From SAR86 cluster bacterium SAR86E (GTDB taxonomy: Bacteria; Pseudomonadota; Gammaproteobacteria; Magnimaribacterales; D2472): a DNA stretch of 64,000 nucleotides. Positions 1 through 9,552 of this stretch are shown in pieces. Made by a program: the position numbers and the translations under genes. Location of the stretch: the NCBI GenBank assembly GCA_000307935.1, contig AMWX01000008.1, positions 93,215 through 157,214 of the forward strand. Direction: 5' to 3'. The notes under the pieces were generated by a model that saw only the letters and a list, made by a program, of their open reading frames with translations, was not told the DNA's origin and searched no databases. Every line of letters begins with the position of its first letter. Position 1 is the stretch's first letter.

Positions 1-1
1 G

Positions 2-157
2 CTGGAATCGGTAATTTATGGGGGCAGTGTCAATAAGTCTAATGCTTTAGAATTGTTTGAACAAAAGGATATTGATGGGGCTTTAATCGGTGGCGCTTCA
101 TTAGATGGAAAAGATTTTGCACTTATTGCAAATATTTTTAATAAATTAAAGGTATAA
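2..157 (+). CDS. tpiA: triosephosphate isomerase, C-terminal fragment (window-truncated)
   Basis: Frame 2 reads ...[31 protein letters not shown]...KV*; YGGSV and DGALIGGAS are TIM motifs; lies upstream of secG. Confidence 0.95.
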   Translation: MESVIYGGSVNKSNALELFEQKDIDGALIGGASLDGKDFALIANIFNKLKV

Positions 158-162
158 AAATA

Positions 163-468
163 ATGATTATCACAGCAATCAAAATCATCTGCATTATTTT
201 AGCAATTATATTAATTGTTCTTGTAATATTGCAGCAAGGCAAAGGCTCGGATTTGGGCTCTGCTTTTGGTGGCGGCTCGTCAAATTCAATGTTTGGAGCT
301 GTAGGCCCATCAAACTTTCTTGGAAAATTAACCGCTTTTATAGCTTTCTTGTTTCTAGTGTTAAATTTAGCTCAAGCCGTGCTTCTCAAAAATGCAAATA
401 CAGAGACATTGTTTACAGAGGAAGAAATTCAAGAAGCCACAAATGTTGTTGAGATACCGATTGAATAA
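163..468 (+). CDS. secG: preprotein translocase subunit SecG
   Basis: LQQGKGSDLGSAFGGG motif between two hydrophobic helices; tpiA-secG synteny. Confidence 0.96.
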   Translation: MIITAIKIICIILAIILIVLVILQQGKGSDLGSAFGGGSSNSMFGAVGPSNFLGKLTAFIAFLFLVLNLAQAVLLKNANTETLFTEEEIQEATNVVEIPIE

Positions 469-632
469 TTCATTGTATTGAATTGGTATATAGCTTGAGT
501 ACTCTTCAAAACCGAATCAATAAAATTATTAAGATTTTTATAAATTTTTAATTAAACATTAAAGTCTTCAAAAGTTAGTGCTATAAAACTCCATGAATTG
601 ATATCTTAAATGCAACAATAGATATTGAAGTA

Positions 633-719
633 TGGTGCCGAAAGCGGGACTTGAACCCGCACGAGCTTTCGCTCACTAACCCCTCAAGCTAGCGTGTCTA
701 CCAATTCCACCACTTCGGC
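633..719 (-). tRNA. tRNA-Leu(GAG)
   Basis: Reverse complement GCCGAAGTGGTGGAATTGGTAGACACGCTAGCTTGAGGGGTTAGTGAGCGAAAGCTCGTGCGGGTTCAAGTCCCGCTTTCGGCACCA; long variable arm, encoded CCA. Confidence 0.96.
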
Positions 720-729
720 AAGGCCGTGA

Positions 730-759
730 ATTATAACAAGTTCTATTTTTATTACTCAA
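730..759 (-). promoter_or_regulatory. putative sigma70 promoter for tRNA-Leu
   Basis: Minus strand TTGAGT-N18-TATAAT with extended -10 (TGtTATAAT) just upstream of the tRNA. Confidence 0.7.
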
Positions 760-775
760 TTAAATTTAATTAGAC

Positions 776-805
776 TTGACCAAAAGCACTATGGTTCTAT
801 ACACT
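776..805 (+). promoter_or_regulatory. putative sigma70 promoter for tRNA-fMet/rimP-nusA-infB operon
   Basis: TTGACC at 776 and TACACT at 800 (18 nt spacer). Confidence 0.55.
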
Positions 806-819
806 CTATTCCTCTGCGA

Positions 820-896
<77 letters not shown>

Positions 897-913
897 GTAA
901 ATTGAGTACGAAC

Positions 914-941
914 TGGGGCATTTGCCCCATTTTTATTTTTT
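914..941 (+). terminator. intrinsic terminator between tRNA-fMet and rimP
   Basis: TGGGGC-ATTT-GCCCCA hairpin followed by TTTTTATTTTTT. Confidence 0.75.
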
Positions 942-946
942 AAGGT

Positions 947-1423
947 ATGAGAATAGAAGAGATAGAAAATATAATCGAACCAGTAGCAACAAGTCACGGA
1001 TGCTCTTTGTGGGGAGTTGATTTATTACGAGGGAAGAAACGTCCTACTATCAGAGTTTATATTGATGCAATAGCAGGGGCAACAATTGATGATTGTGAAA
1101 AAATTGCAAAAGACTTAAATTATGAATTTGCATTAGAAGATGACTTTATTGATCAAGATTATGTGCTTGAGGTTTCTACTCCCGGTATTGATAGAAAATT
1201 TTTTAAGGCAGATCAGCTCGAGTCATTCTTAACAGAGGAATTTAATTTAAAGCTTAAAGAAAATAAAGATGGTAAAAAAAGCATTATTGCTAAATTAACC
1301 AAGGTTCAAAATAACATTGTGTCTTTTAATTATATGGACGAAGAAATTAATATTGATTTCTCAGACTTGGATTTATGCAGACTCAAGCCAAACTTTGAAG
1401 AACTTATGAGGGTAAATAAATAA
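947..1423 (+). CDS. rimP: ribosome maturation factor RimP
   Basis: IRVYID...IDDC and YVLEVSTPGIDR motifs; precedes nusA. Confidence 0.95.
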   Translation: MRIEEIENIIEPVATSHGCSLWGVDLLRGKKRPTIRVYIDAIAGATIDDCEKIAKDLNYEFALEDDFIDQDYVLEVSTPGIDRKFFKADQLESFLTEEFNLKLKENKDGKKSIIAKLTKVQNNIVSFNYMDEEINIDFSDLDLCRLKPNFEELMRVNK

Positions 1424-2889
1424 TGGAAAGTATTGAAATATTAGCAGTTGTGGAATCAGTTTCTAATGAAAAGGGCATTGAAGATGGAATAATTTTTGGA
1501 GCACTGGAAACAGCTATTGCTAGCGCTTCACTCAGACATTTTCATGAGGATGCTGATATAAGCGTCTCAATTGATCGGTCAACAGGAGAATACTCTACAC
1601 ATAGGCATTGGTTGGTAGCAGAAGAAGATTCTGAGGATTTTCATAAAGAGACTCACATTTCTCAATCTGATTCAGAGCTAAATCTTGGTGATACCTTTTC
1701 TAAGGATGTTGAAAATATCCCTTTTGGAAGAATAGAAACTCAAGCAGCGCGACAAGTTATGATGCAAAAAGTCAGAGAAGCTGAAAGAGATACTATTGTT
1801 GCAATGTTCAAGGCTCAAAATAACACCTTGATGAACGGAACAGTTAAAAGAGTTACTAGAGATAATATTATTGTTGAAATTGGAAATGATGTTGAGGCTA
1901 TTCTCCCCAGAGACCAGTTACTTCCTGGAGAAATTTATAAAATCAATGACAGAATGAGGGCGGTTCTTCAGATTAGAGAAATTGAAGGAAGAGGTTCTCA
2001 ACTTATGTTAAGCAGAACATGTCCAGAAATGGTTACCGAGCTTTTTAAAATAGAAGTTCCAGAAATTGGTGAGGATATTATTGAAATTAGAGGTATTGCA
2101 CGTGATGCAGGCTCTCGATCAAAAATTACTGTAAAAACAAATGATGGCCGTATTGATCCTGTCGGAGCTTGTGTTGGTATGAGGGGGTCAAGAGTTCAGT
2201 CAGTTTCAGGAGAGCTTGGAAATGAAAGAATAGATATCATTATTTATGATGATAGCCCCGCACAAATGGTAATTAATTCATTGGCTCCTGCAAAAGTTGA
2301 ATCAATTGTGATGGATGAAGACTCTCGTTCAATGGAATTAGCAGTTAACGAAGAAAACTTAGCTTTAGCTATTGGAGCAAGAGGACAAAATATCCGTCTA
2401 GCTTCAAGATTAGTCGGCTGGGAGCTAAATATTATTAGTAGCAATGAAGCGGAGGCAAAAGAAAGAGTTGTAGAAGCTGAATTCCAAGCAAAATTAATGG
2501 AAAGCTTAACCTTAAATGAGCAAGAAGCAGAATCATTGATCAGAGGCGGATTTTTAACTTTTGATGATATTGCTTACGCTGATGATGAAAAGCTTCTTTC
2601 TGCTTTAGAAATATTACCAGAAAGAGCTGAAGAAATTAAAGCAGCAGCTGCAGACGCAGCCTTAATGGAAGCAATGGGTGAAATTACCCTTGAAGAATCC
2701 AATCTCGAGTCATTAACTGAGCTTGGTTTTACTGAAGTAGAATTAGATACATTAACATCAAAAGCGATTAAGAGCATGGACGATATAGCTGAATTAGCAG
2801 TAGATGAGCTTCAAGAAATTATTGAAATTGATGAAAAAAAAGCAGCTGACATTATTATGAAAGCTAGAGCAAGTTGGTTTAACGAATAA
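1423..2889 (+). CDS. nusA: transcription termination/antitermination factor NusA
   Basis: S1/KH motifs (DPVGACVGMRGSRVQ, AIGARGQNIRLAS) and acidic C-terminal repeats. Confidence 0.98.
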   Translation: MESIEILAVVESVSNEKGIEDGIIFGALETAIASASLRHFHEDADISVSIDRSTGEYSTHRHWLVAEEDSEDFHKETHISQSDSELNLGDTFSKDVENIPFGRIETQAARQVMMQKVREAERDTIVAMFKAQNNTLMNGTVKRVTRDNIIVEIGNDVEAILPRDQLLPGEIYKINDRMRAVLQIREIEGRGSQLMLSRTCPEMVTELFKIEVPEIGEDIIEIRGIARDAGSRSKITVKTNDGRIDPVGACVGMRGSRVQSVSGELGNERIDIIIYDDSPAQMVINSLAPAKVESIVMDEDSRSMELAVNEENLALAIGARGQNIRLASRLVGWELNIISSNEAEAKERVVEAEFQAKLMESLTLNEQEAESLIRGGFLTFDDIAYADDEKLLSALEILPERAEEIKAAAADAALMEAMGEITLEESNLESLTELGFTEVELDTLTSKAIKSMDDIAELAVDELQEIIEIDEKKAADIIMKARASWFNE

Positions 2890-2903
2890 AAAAGGATAAT
2901 AAA

Positions 2904-5204
2904 TTGGGATTAACTGTTAAAGATTTTGCGAAAACTTTAAAGATAAAGGACGATGTTCTTCTTGAAAGAATGAAATCTGCTGGTTTGTCTCATAGCAAAC
3001 CTTCAGATGAGATAACTCCTGCAGACAAGCTGGCTATTTTAAAATCTATCAAAGAAAGAAAAACTACAACCACAGCATCAGTAACCTCATCATCAAATAG
3101 CGGAGGGGTTACTGTTAAATCAAAAGGTACTTTGACTCAACCATCTAGTTCTTCTTCCCCATCATCAGAGGGTCTAGTTGATAACATTGAAGCAAAAAGA
3201 CAAGCAGCCGCAGAAAACCTCAAAGAACAGCAACAAAAAAGAGAAGACCAAATTAAAGAAGCTATCAGATTGAAGCAAGAACAACAGCAAGCTGCTAAAA
3301 AAGTAAAAGAACAAAAAACCACTAGTCAAAAACCACAAGCTAAAGTAAATATAAAGGATCAACTGTCTAGAGCTGCCAATGCATATTCCAGAAGAGAGGC
3401 AAGTTTTAATTCTGACTCAGATCATCAATTTGAAAAACCTGCTGAATTTATTAAGCGTGATATTGAAGTTCCTGAGATGATTCAGGTTGGTGAACTTGCC
3501 AAGTTAATGTTTATAAAGGGTGGTGAAGTTGTCAAGGTTTTAATGAGCTTAGGGGTTGCTGCTTCTATTAACGATTCGATCGATCAAGAGACAGGAATTC
3601 TGGTAGCAGAAGAGCTTGGTCACAATGGTATAGCGCTCGATGATTCTTCTGTTGAAGATGAAATTATAGGCAATATTAATTATTTAGATGCCCCTCAGAC
3701 AAGAGCTCCAGTTATAACTGTGATGGGCCACGTTGATCATGGTAAAACAACATTGCTTGATTTTATTCGTAAAACCAAGGTTGTAGACGGCGAGGCTGGC
3801 GGTATTACCCAGCATATTGGCGCATACCAAGTGCCCGTTGGAAAATCGGTGATTACATTTATTGATACTCCAGGTCATGCAGCTTTCTCTTCGATGAGAG
3901 CAAGAGGTGCAAATACAACTGATGTTGTAATACTGGTTGTTGCTGCCAATGATGGTGTTATGCCTCAAACTGAGGAAGCCATTAATCATGCAAAAGCAGC
4001 TGGTGTCTCAATTGTAGTTGCAATTAATAAAATGGATCTTCAGGGAGCTGATGTTGAGAGAATTAAAGGAGATCTAGCCGCAAAAGATTTAACTCCAGAG
4101 GATTGGGGTGGAAATATTCAAATGATCCCAGTATCCGCTTTGAAAGGTGATGGTGTAGACAAATTACTTGAGGCTGTTGTTCTAGAGGCTGAACTCTTAG
4201 AACTCAAGGCACATTATCAGGGACCAGCTCAAGGTGTGGTGATTGAATCAGAATTAGATAAATTTCGAGGTGCTGTAGCAACTTTGCTCATCCAAAATGG
4301 AATTCTTAATGTTGGTGATATGGTTGTTTGCGGTTCAGCAATCGGTAAAGTAAAAAGTATCATTAGCTCTGATGGCTCCAAATTAAAAACTGCTGAGCCA
4401 TCATTTGCTGTAGAGATACTTGGATTAAGCGGTGTGCCTGATGCTGGTGAAACTTTTCAAGTTGTTAAAAACGACAAAGAAGCTAGAGAAATAGCTGAAT
4501 TTAGAGAAAATAAACTTAAAGATAGAAAAGTATTAAAACAACGCGATGAGAGTCTTGGCAATATATTTGAATCAATGGGCCAATCTGATAAAAAAATACT
4601 TAATGTTGTCCTTAAATCAGATGTTGCTGGAACTTCAGAGGCAATTGTTGCAGCTTTAATGGACGTTGGAAATGATGACGCATCTATCAAAGTTGTTGCT
4701 TCTGGTGTAGGGGGAATTTCAGAATCAGATGCTAATTTAGCCTTAGCTACAGAATCAATCATTCTTGGGTTTAATGTGAGATCAGATAATGCTGCAAAGA
4801 AAATAGTTGAAGGTGAGGAAATCGTTCTTTCCTATCATAGTATTATTTACGAATTAATTGATGAAGTTAAGGCTAGGTTAAGTGGTTTATTAGACCCTAT
4901 TATTAAAGAAGAAATAGTTGGAACAGCAGAAGTCCTTGAGGTCTTTAACTCTCCTAAATTTGGTCAAGTGGCTGGTTGCATGGTTGTCGAGGGTTCAATC
5001 TTTAAAAATAAACCGGTAAGAGTATTAAGAGATGACGTTGTAATTCATCAAGGTGAACTAGATTCTCTGCGAAGATTTAAAGATGATGTAGCAGAGGTAA
5101 AATCTGGAACAGAATGTGGTGTTGGTATCAAAAATTACAAGGACATCAAACCTGGAGATAAGGTTGAAGTTTTTGATAGAAAGGAAGAAGCCCAAAGTAT
5201 CTGA
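2904..5204 (+). CDS. infB: translation initiation factor IF-2
   Basis: GHVDHGKTT, DTPGH and NKMD GTPase motifs; TTG start. Confidence 0.98.
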   Translation: MGLTVKDFAKTLKIKDDVLLERMKSAGLSHSKPSDEITPADKLAILKSIKERKTTTTASVTSSSNSGGVTVKSKGTLTQPSSSSSPSSEGLVDNIEAKRQAAAENLKEQQQKREDQIKEAIRLKQEQQQAAKKVKEQKTTSQKPQAKVNIKDQLSRAANAYSRREASFNSDSDHQFEKPAEFIKRDIEVPEMIQVGELAKLMFIKGGEVVKVLMSLGVAASINDSIDQETGILVAEELGHNGIALDDSSVEDEIIGNINYLDAPQTRAPVITVMGHVDHGKTTLLDFIRKTKVVDGEAGGITQHIGAYQVPVGKSVITFIDTPGHAAFSSMRARGANTTDVVILVVAANDGVMPQTEEAINHAKAAGVSIVVAINKMDLQGADVERIKGDLAAKDLTPEDWGGNIQMIPVSALKGDGVDKLLEAVVLEAELLELKAHYQGPAQGVVIESELDKFRGAVATLLIQNGILNVGDMVVCGSAIGKVKSIISSDGSKLKTAEPSFAVEILGLSGVPDAGETFQVVKNDKEAREIAEFRENKLKDRKVLKQRDESLGNIFESMGQSDKKILNVVLKSDVAGTSEAIVAALMDVGNDDASIKVVASGVGGISESDANLALATESIILGFNVRSDNAAKKIVEGEEIVLSYHSIIYELIDEVKARLSGLLDPIIKEEIVGTAEVLEVFNSPKFGQVAGCMVVEGSIFKNKPVRVLRDDVVIHQGELDSLRRFKDDVAEVKSGTECGVGIKNYKDIKPGDKVEVFDRKEEAQSI

Positions 5205-5208
5205 TTGT

Positions 5209-5550
5209 ATGTCATCAACAAGAGTTCCTAAGATTGAAGACTTCTTAAAAAAAGAGATTTCTCAAATTATTTCTTCTCAAGTTCAAGATCAAAGATATAA
5301 ACTTTTTAATATTGTTGATGTTAAATGCTCCTCCGATCTAGGTGTTGCTACAGTTTTTTTCACTATTATTAATGGAGATAAGACTAGTGCTCCAGAAAAA
5401 AAATCTCTTGAGAAATTTTCATCAATGGTTCGTTCTAAGCTATCCAAATTTATGCAGATAAGGCGAGTTCCAAAGTTGATATTTAAATATGATGAAAGTC
5501 TTGAAAGATATAATAATATAGATTCTTTGCTTAACTCCATAAGTGATTAA
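5209..5550 (+). CDS. rbfA: ribosome-binding factor A
   Basis: IRRVPKLIFKYDES motif; start moved to ATG 5209 (MSSTRVPKIE) just after the infB stop. Confidence 0.9.
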   Translation: MSSTRVPKIEDFLKKEISQIISSQVQDQRYKLFNIVDVKCSSDLGVATVFFTIINGDKTSAPEKKSLEKFSSMVRSKLSKFMQIRRVPKLIFKYDESLERYNNIDSLLNSISD

Positions 5551-6385
5551 CGGTTTTTTTTTAATAAATAAAAATTCTGGTATTACCTCTGCCGGGGTAG
5601 TTAAAGAAATAAAAAAAAAATTTAATCTTAAAAAAGTTGGCCACCTTGGAACTTTAGATCCTTTAGCATCTGGATTGCTTATCTTAGCTATTAATAAGGC
5701 TACGAAATTAGCTTCACTATTACTTGAAAGTCATAAATCTTATCTTGCCGAAGTAACCTTAGGAATTCAGACTGATACAGATGATGCAGAGGGAAAAATT
5801 TTGTCTTCAATGCCCGTGAATTGTAGTTCAGATGCTATCAAAAAAGAGTTAAATAATTTTTTAGGAGAAAGCTTGCAGGTGCCACCTGTTTATTCAGCCT
5901 TAAAGCATGAAGGGCGTCCCATGTATAAATACGCAAGAGAAGGTATTTCGGTAAAAAAAGATGCAAGAAAAATTAATATTCATGAATTAAAAAATATTGA
6001 TATAAAACTTCCAAAAGTAATTTTTGATATTAGTTGTTCAAAGGGAACATACATAAGATCTATAGCTAGAGACTTAGGACTAAACCTTGGGTGTGGAGCT
6101 CATTTATCGGGCCTCGTCCGAACAGGTCAGCATCAATTTTTATTAGAGGATTCCCGCTCGATTGAAGATGTAAATATAGAAAACTTAATTGCTCCTGAAA
6201 AAATATTTGAACACCTCGATCAAGTTTATCTTAATAAAATTGATTCAAAAGACTTTTTGAATGGTTGTAAGCTCCAGTTAGAAATTAAAAATAATCTTCT
6301 GTATAGGGTATATGATGATTCTAGAAATTTTATTGCAATTGGTAAAAAAACTGACGAAGGGTTTCAGCATGAATACCTTGTTTAA
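5543..6385 (+). CDS. truB: tRNA pseudouridine(55) synthase
   Basis: KVGHLGTLDPLASG and CSKGTYIRS motifs. Confidence 0.97.
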   Translation: MINGFFLINKNSGITSAGVVKEIKKKFNLKKVGHLGTLDPLASGLLILAINKATKLASLLLESHKSYLAEVTLGIQTDTDDAEGKILSSMPVNCSSDAIKKELNNFLGESLQVPPVYSALKHEGRPMYKYAREGISVKKDARKINIHELKNIDIKLPKVIFDISCSKGTYIRSIARDLGLNLGCGAHLSGLVRTGQHQFLLEDSRSIEDVNIENLIAPEKIFEHLDQVYLNKIDSKDFLNGCKLQLEIKNNLLYRVYDDSRNFIAIGKKTDEGFQHEYLV

Positions 6386-6408
6386 TAGTTAAATTAGTAA
6401 TAAGCTAC

Positions 6409-6459
6409 ACCATCTTAAACTTTAGATATGCAAGGTTTAAGAGGTTTAAGGAGCATATC
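6409..6459 (+). promoter_or_regulatory. putative S15-responsive leader (H-type pseudoknot)
   Basis: Stem 6413-6423/6432-6442; loop GATATGC (6425-6431) is complementary to GCATATC (6453-6459), just before the rpsO SD. Confidence 0.65.
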
Positions 6460-6473
6460 CAAGGAGAAATAAC

Positions 6474-6743
6474 ATGGCTTTATTAAAAGAAGAAAAGAAT
6501 AAAATTGTAAAAGAATTTCAAAATAGTAATTCTGATACTGGCTCACCTGAAGTGCAAATTGCTCTTCTCACTGAAAATATCAATAAACTACAATCTCATT
6601 TCAAAATTCATAAAAAAGACCATCATTCAAGAACAGGTCTTATTAGAATGGTTAACTTAAGAAGAAAGCTACTGGCTTATCTAAAAAGAAAAAATCTAGA
6701 AAGCTATCAAGACATAATTAAATCTCTTAAGTTAAGAGGATAA
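6474..6743 (+). CDS. rpsO: 30S ribosomal protein S15
   Basis: [13 protein letters not shown]...[11 protein letters not shown]. Confidence 0.98.
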   Translation: MALLKEEKNKIVKEFQNSNSDTGSPEVQIALLTENINKLQSHFKIHKKDHHSRTGLIRMVNLRRKLLAYLKRKNLESYQDIIKSLKLRG

Positions 6744-6755
6744 AAAAGGAAAATC

Positions 6756-8849
6756 GTGGAAGAAAATAATTTAAATACTCAATCCGTAGAGTTTGAATAC
6801 GGTAACAAAACTGTAAAAATTGAAACTGGTAAAGTTGCTAGACAAGCTACATCCAGTATTATTGTAACAATTGATAATCTTGTAGTGCTCACTACAATGG
6901 TTGCAAGAAAGGAAGCTGATCCTAGAAAAGATTTCTTTCCTCTTGCTGTTTTTTATCAAGAAAAATTTTATGCTGCTGGCAAGATTCCTGGTGGCTACTT
7001 TAAAAGGGAGGCAAGGCCAACAGAGCAAGAAACATTAACTTCAAGATTAATTGATCGACCAATCAGACCGCTGTTTCCTGAAGATTTCAAAAATGAAATT
7101 CAAATATTTTGTACAGTTCTATCTGCTGATAAGAATATCAATCCTGACATTGCTTCACTGATTGGTGCATCTGCAGCTCTTTCAATTTCTGGGGTACCTT
7201 TTCAAGGACCTCTGGGTGCTGCTCGTGTTGGTTTTATTGATAGTAACTATGTTTTGAATCCATCGCCACAAGAGCTAGAGGAATCTATGTTAGATATGGT
7301 GGTAGCCGGAACAGAGGATGCTGTTCTCATGGTTGAATCTGAAGCAAGTGAGTTAAGTGAAGATTTAATGCTTGGGTCTGTTTTGTATGGACATCAAGAG
7401 ATGCAGAAAGTTATTAAAGCCTGTACTGATCTGCGAGCAAAAGTAAATCCTACTCCATGGGAATTTTCAGCCGATGAATTAACTGCTGAATATAAATTAA
7501 ATATTTCAGAACTATATACTGATGAAATTGCGAGCGCTTTTAAAATTGCAAATAAATCTGATCGCGGAGATGCGATAAATGCAATCAGAGAAAAAATTAA
7601 TGATGCTAATGAAGAATTAGATGATATCGAAAGAGGCAAGTTAATGAATGCATTTAAATCAGTGGAAAAGGATGTTGTCAGAAAAAGTATTCTTTCCAAT
7701 GAGCCCAGAATTGATGGTAGAGATCTTGATACGGTCAGGCCTATATTTGTTGAAACAAATATTTTGCCAAGTGTTCATGGATCTTCTTTGTTTACCCGAG
7801 GCGAAACTCAAGCATTAGTTGCTGCTACTCTTGGCTCCACTAGAGACGCACAAAGAATAGAAAGTTTAAATGGAGAAGAGTCTAATACATTCATGCTGCA
7901 CTATAATTTTCCAGCATACAGTGTTGGAGAAATTGGCATGCCTTTGGGACCAAAAAGAAGAGAAATTGGCCATGGAAATCTAGCAAAACGTGCAATCAAA
8001 GCAGTCCTTCCTAATTCTGAGGATTTTGGTTATACATTGAGGGTAGTATCAGAGATTACAGAATCTAATGGATCAAGCTCCATGGCATCTGTATGTGGTA
8101 CCTCCTTATCTTTAATGGATGCAGGCGTCCCAATTTCTAATCCTGTTGCTGGAATTGCTATGGGTTTAATCAAAGAGGAAAACGAATTTGCTGTCCTTAC
8201 TGATATTCTGGGTGATGAGGATCATCTTGGTGACATGGACTTTAAGGTTGCTGGAACCAAAGAAGGTGTCACTGCTTTGCAAATGGATATTAAGGTCCAA
8301 GGCATAACAGCAGAGATAATGGAGTCAGCATTAGAAAAAGCAAAAAATGCAAGAATGCATATTCTTGAAAAAATGAATGATGTTATTTCAGCTCCAAAAG
8401 AGCTTTCTGATAATACCCCAGCCATGAAAAAAATAACTGTTCACCAAGATAAGATCAAAGAGATCATTGGTAAAGGTGGGGCTGTAATTAAAGGAATGCA
8501 AGCTGATACAGGAGCATCTGTAGATGTAAATGATGATGGTGTAGTCACAATTTTTGGTGAGACTCAATCCATAATGAAAGCAGCATTAGAAATCATTGAA
8601 GGTATTATCGAAGATCCAGAGCTTGATAAAGTTTATGAAGGAACTGTAGTAAAAATTGTCGATTTTGGAGCCTTTGTAAACATATTACCTGGCAAGGATG
8701 GCCTGCTTCATGTATCTGAAATCTCAGCTGAACGTGTAGAAAACGTCTCCGATGTTTTAAGTGAAGGAGATGTAATCAAAGTAAAACTTATAGGATTTGA
8801 CAGAGGGAAGATGAAGCTTTCAAAGAAAGTCTTGGAAAGCGATACTTAA
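6756..8849 (+). CDS. pnp: polyribonucleotide nucleotidyltransferase (PNPase)
   Basis: RLIDRPIRPLF, RREIGHG and DHLGDMDFKVAG motifs, KH and S1 domains. Confidence 0.98.
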   Translation: MEENNLNTQSVEFEYGNKTVKIETGKVARQATSSIIVTIDNLVVLTTMVARKEADPRKDFFPLAVFYQEKFYAAGKIPGGYFKREARPTEQETLTSRLIDRPIRPLFPEDFKNEIQIFCTVLSADKNINPDIASLIGASAALSISGVPFQGPLGAARVGFIDSNYVLNPSPQELEESMLDMVVAGTEDAVLMVESEASELSEDLMLGSVLYGHQEMQKVIKACTDLRAKVNPTPWEFSADELTAEYKLNISELYTDEIASAFKIANKSDRGDAINAIREKINDANEELDDIERGKLMNAFKSVEKDVVRKSILSNEPRIDGRDLDTVRPIFVETNILPSVHGSSLFTRGETQALVAATLGSTRDAQRIESLNGEESNTFMLHYNFPAYSVGEIGMPLGPKRREIGHGNLAKRAIKAVLPNSEDFGYTLRVVSEITESNGSSSMASVCGTSLSLMDAGVPISNPVAGIAMGLIKEENEFAVLTDILGDEDHLGDMDFKVAGTKEGVTALQMDIKVQGITAEIMESALEKAKNARMHILEKMNDVISAPKELSDNTPAMKKITVHQDKIKEIIGKGGAVIKGMQADTGASVDVNDDGVVTIFGETQSIMKAALEIIEGIIEDPELDKVYEGTVVKIVDFGAFVNILPGKDGLLHVSEISAERVENVSDVLSEGDVIKVKLIGFDRGKMKLSKKVLESDT

Positions 8850-8867
8850 TAAGCTAATCATCAGTAT

Positions 8868-8900
8868 ATAAAATACTTATAATTAAGTGTTTTATTTATT
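8868..8900 (+). terminator. putative AT-rich terminator after pnp
   Basis: ATAAAATACTTA-TAAT-TAAGTGTTTTAT inverted repeat followed by a T-rich tail. Confidence 0.5.
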
Positions 8901-9029
8901 CATGATATTCATAGTATAAACACTATGTTTTTGTCAAGTTTAGTAAATTTTAAATTCATATTTTCTTGAGCCTTAATTACTTTTGTGGTCTTATAGGTTA
9001 ACTAACCATGCAAACCATAGGGGGAAATT

Positions 9030-9248
9030 ATGGATAATGCATTTAGAATGTTAAGCGACCTAGTTAGTAACCTAACTAGTGTTATCGTTGGTATCTTAGG
9101 ACTTGGTATTGTTGGAAGCCTTGCTTTTGGCGATATGATGGGACTTGATGTGATAGGAAATATCACTAGCCTAGTTGAGTCTTTGGCATCTAGCGGTGTT
9201 GTAGGGCTACTTGTTTTAGCGGTTCTATACAGCTTAGTTAACAGATAA
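9030..9248 (+). CDS. small hydrophobic membrane protein of unknown function (72 aa)
   Basis: SD-like GGGGGA before ATG; two Gly-rich hydrophobic segments; followed by a strong hairpin. Confidence 0.85.
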   Translation: MDNAFRMLSDLVSNLTSVIVGILGLGIVGSLAFGDMMGLDVIGNITSLVESLASSGVVGLLVLAVLYSLVNR

Positions 9249-9263
9249 ACTTTGCTTTATCTT

Positions 9264-9300
9264 AATTAGAAAGGGTCATTAGACCCTTTCTAATTTCTTT
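9264..9300 (+). terminator. intrinsic terminator-like hairpin between the two small membrane genes
   Basis: Perfect 14-bp stem AATTAGAAAGGGTC-ATTA-GACCCTTTCTAATT followed by TCTTT. Confidence 0.8.
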
Positions 9301-9304
9301 AAAT

Positions 9305-9538
9305 ATGAATCTTAATAATTCACTTATTAAACTCACAGCCTTTTTTAATAAATTATTAAAACTTTTATTGCCTCTCGTAGCTGTTTCACTATTGTTAGGT
9401 ATTATTTTTGGACCAAGCACTCCATTTGTTGGAGATGTTTACAAGAATGTAACTGATATTTTGAACATGCTTGGGGAGGATGCTCTTTTAGCATTGGTAT
9501 CAATAATAATAATTTTGATATTTCTTAAAAAAGAGTAG
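9305..9538 (+). CDS. small membrane protein of unknown function (77 aa), probable paralog of 9030..9248
   Basis: Same architecture and shared FG...DVxxNxT motif. Confidence 0.78.
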   Translation: MNLNNSLIKLTAFFNKLLKLLLPLVAVSLLLGIIFGPSTPFVGDVYKNVTDILNMLGEDALLALVSIIIILIFLKKE

Positions 9539-9552
9539 AAAGTAGAGTTTCC

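Noticed and set aside
5116-5208. N-terminal extension of rbfA overlapping infB (similar extensions on sspA, rpsF, zapE, degS and lptA)
   Set aside because: Longest-ORF artefacts; downstream ATGs match the family N-termini
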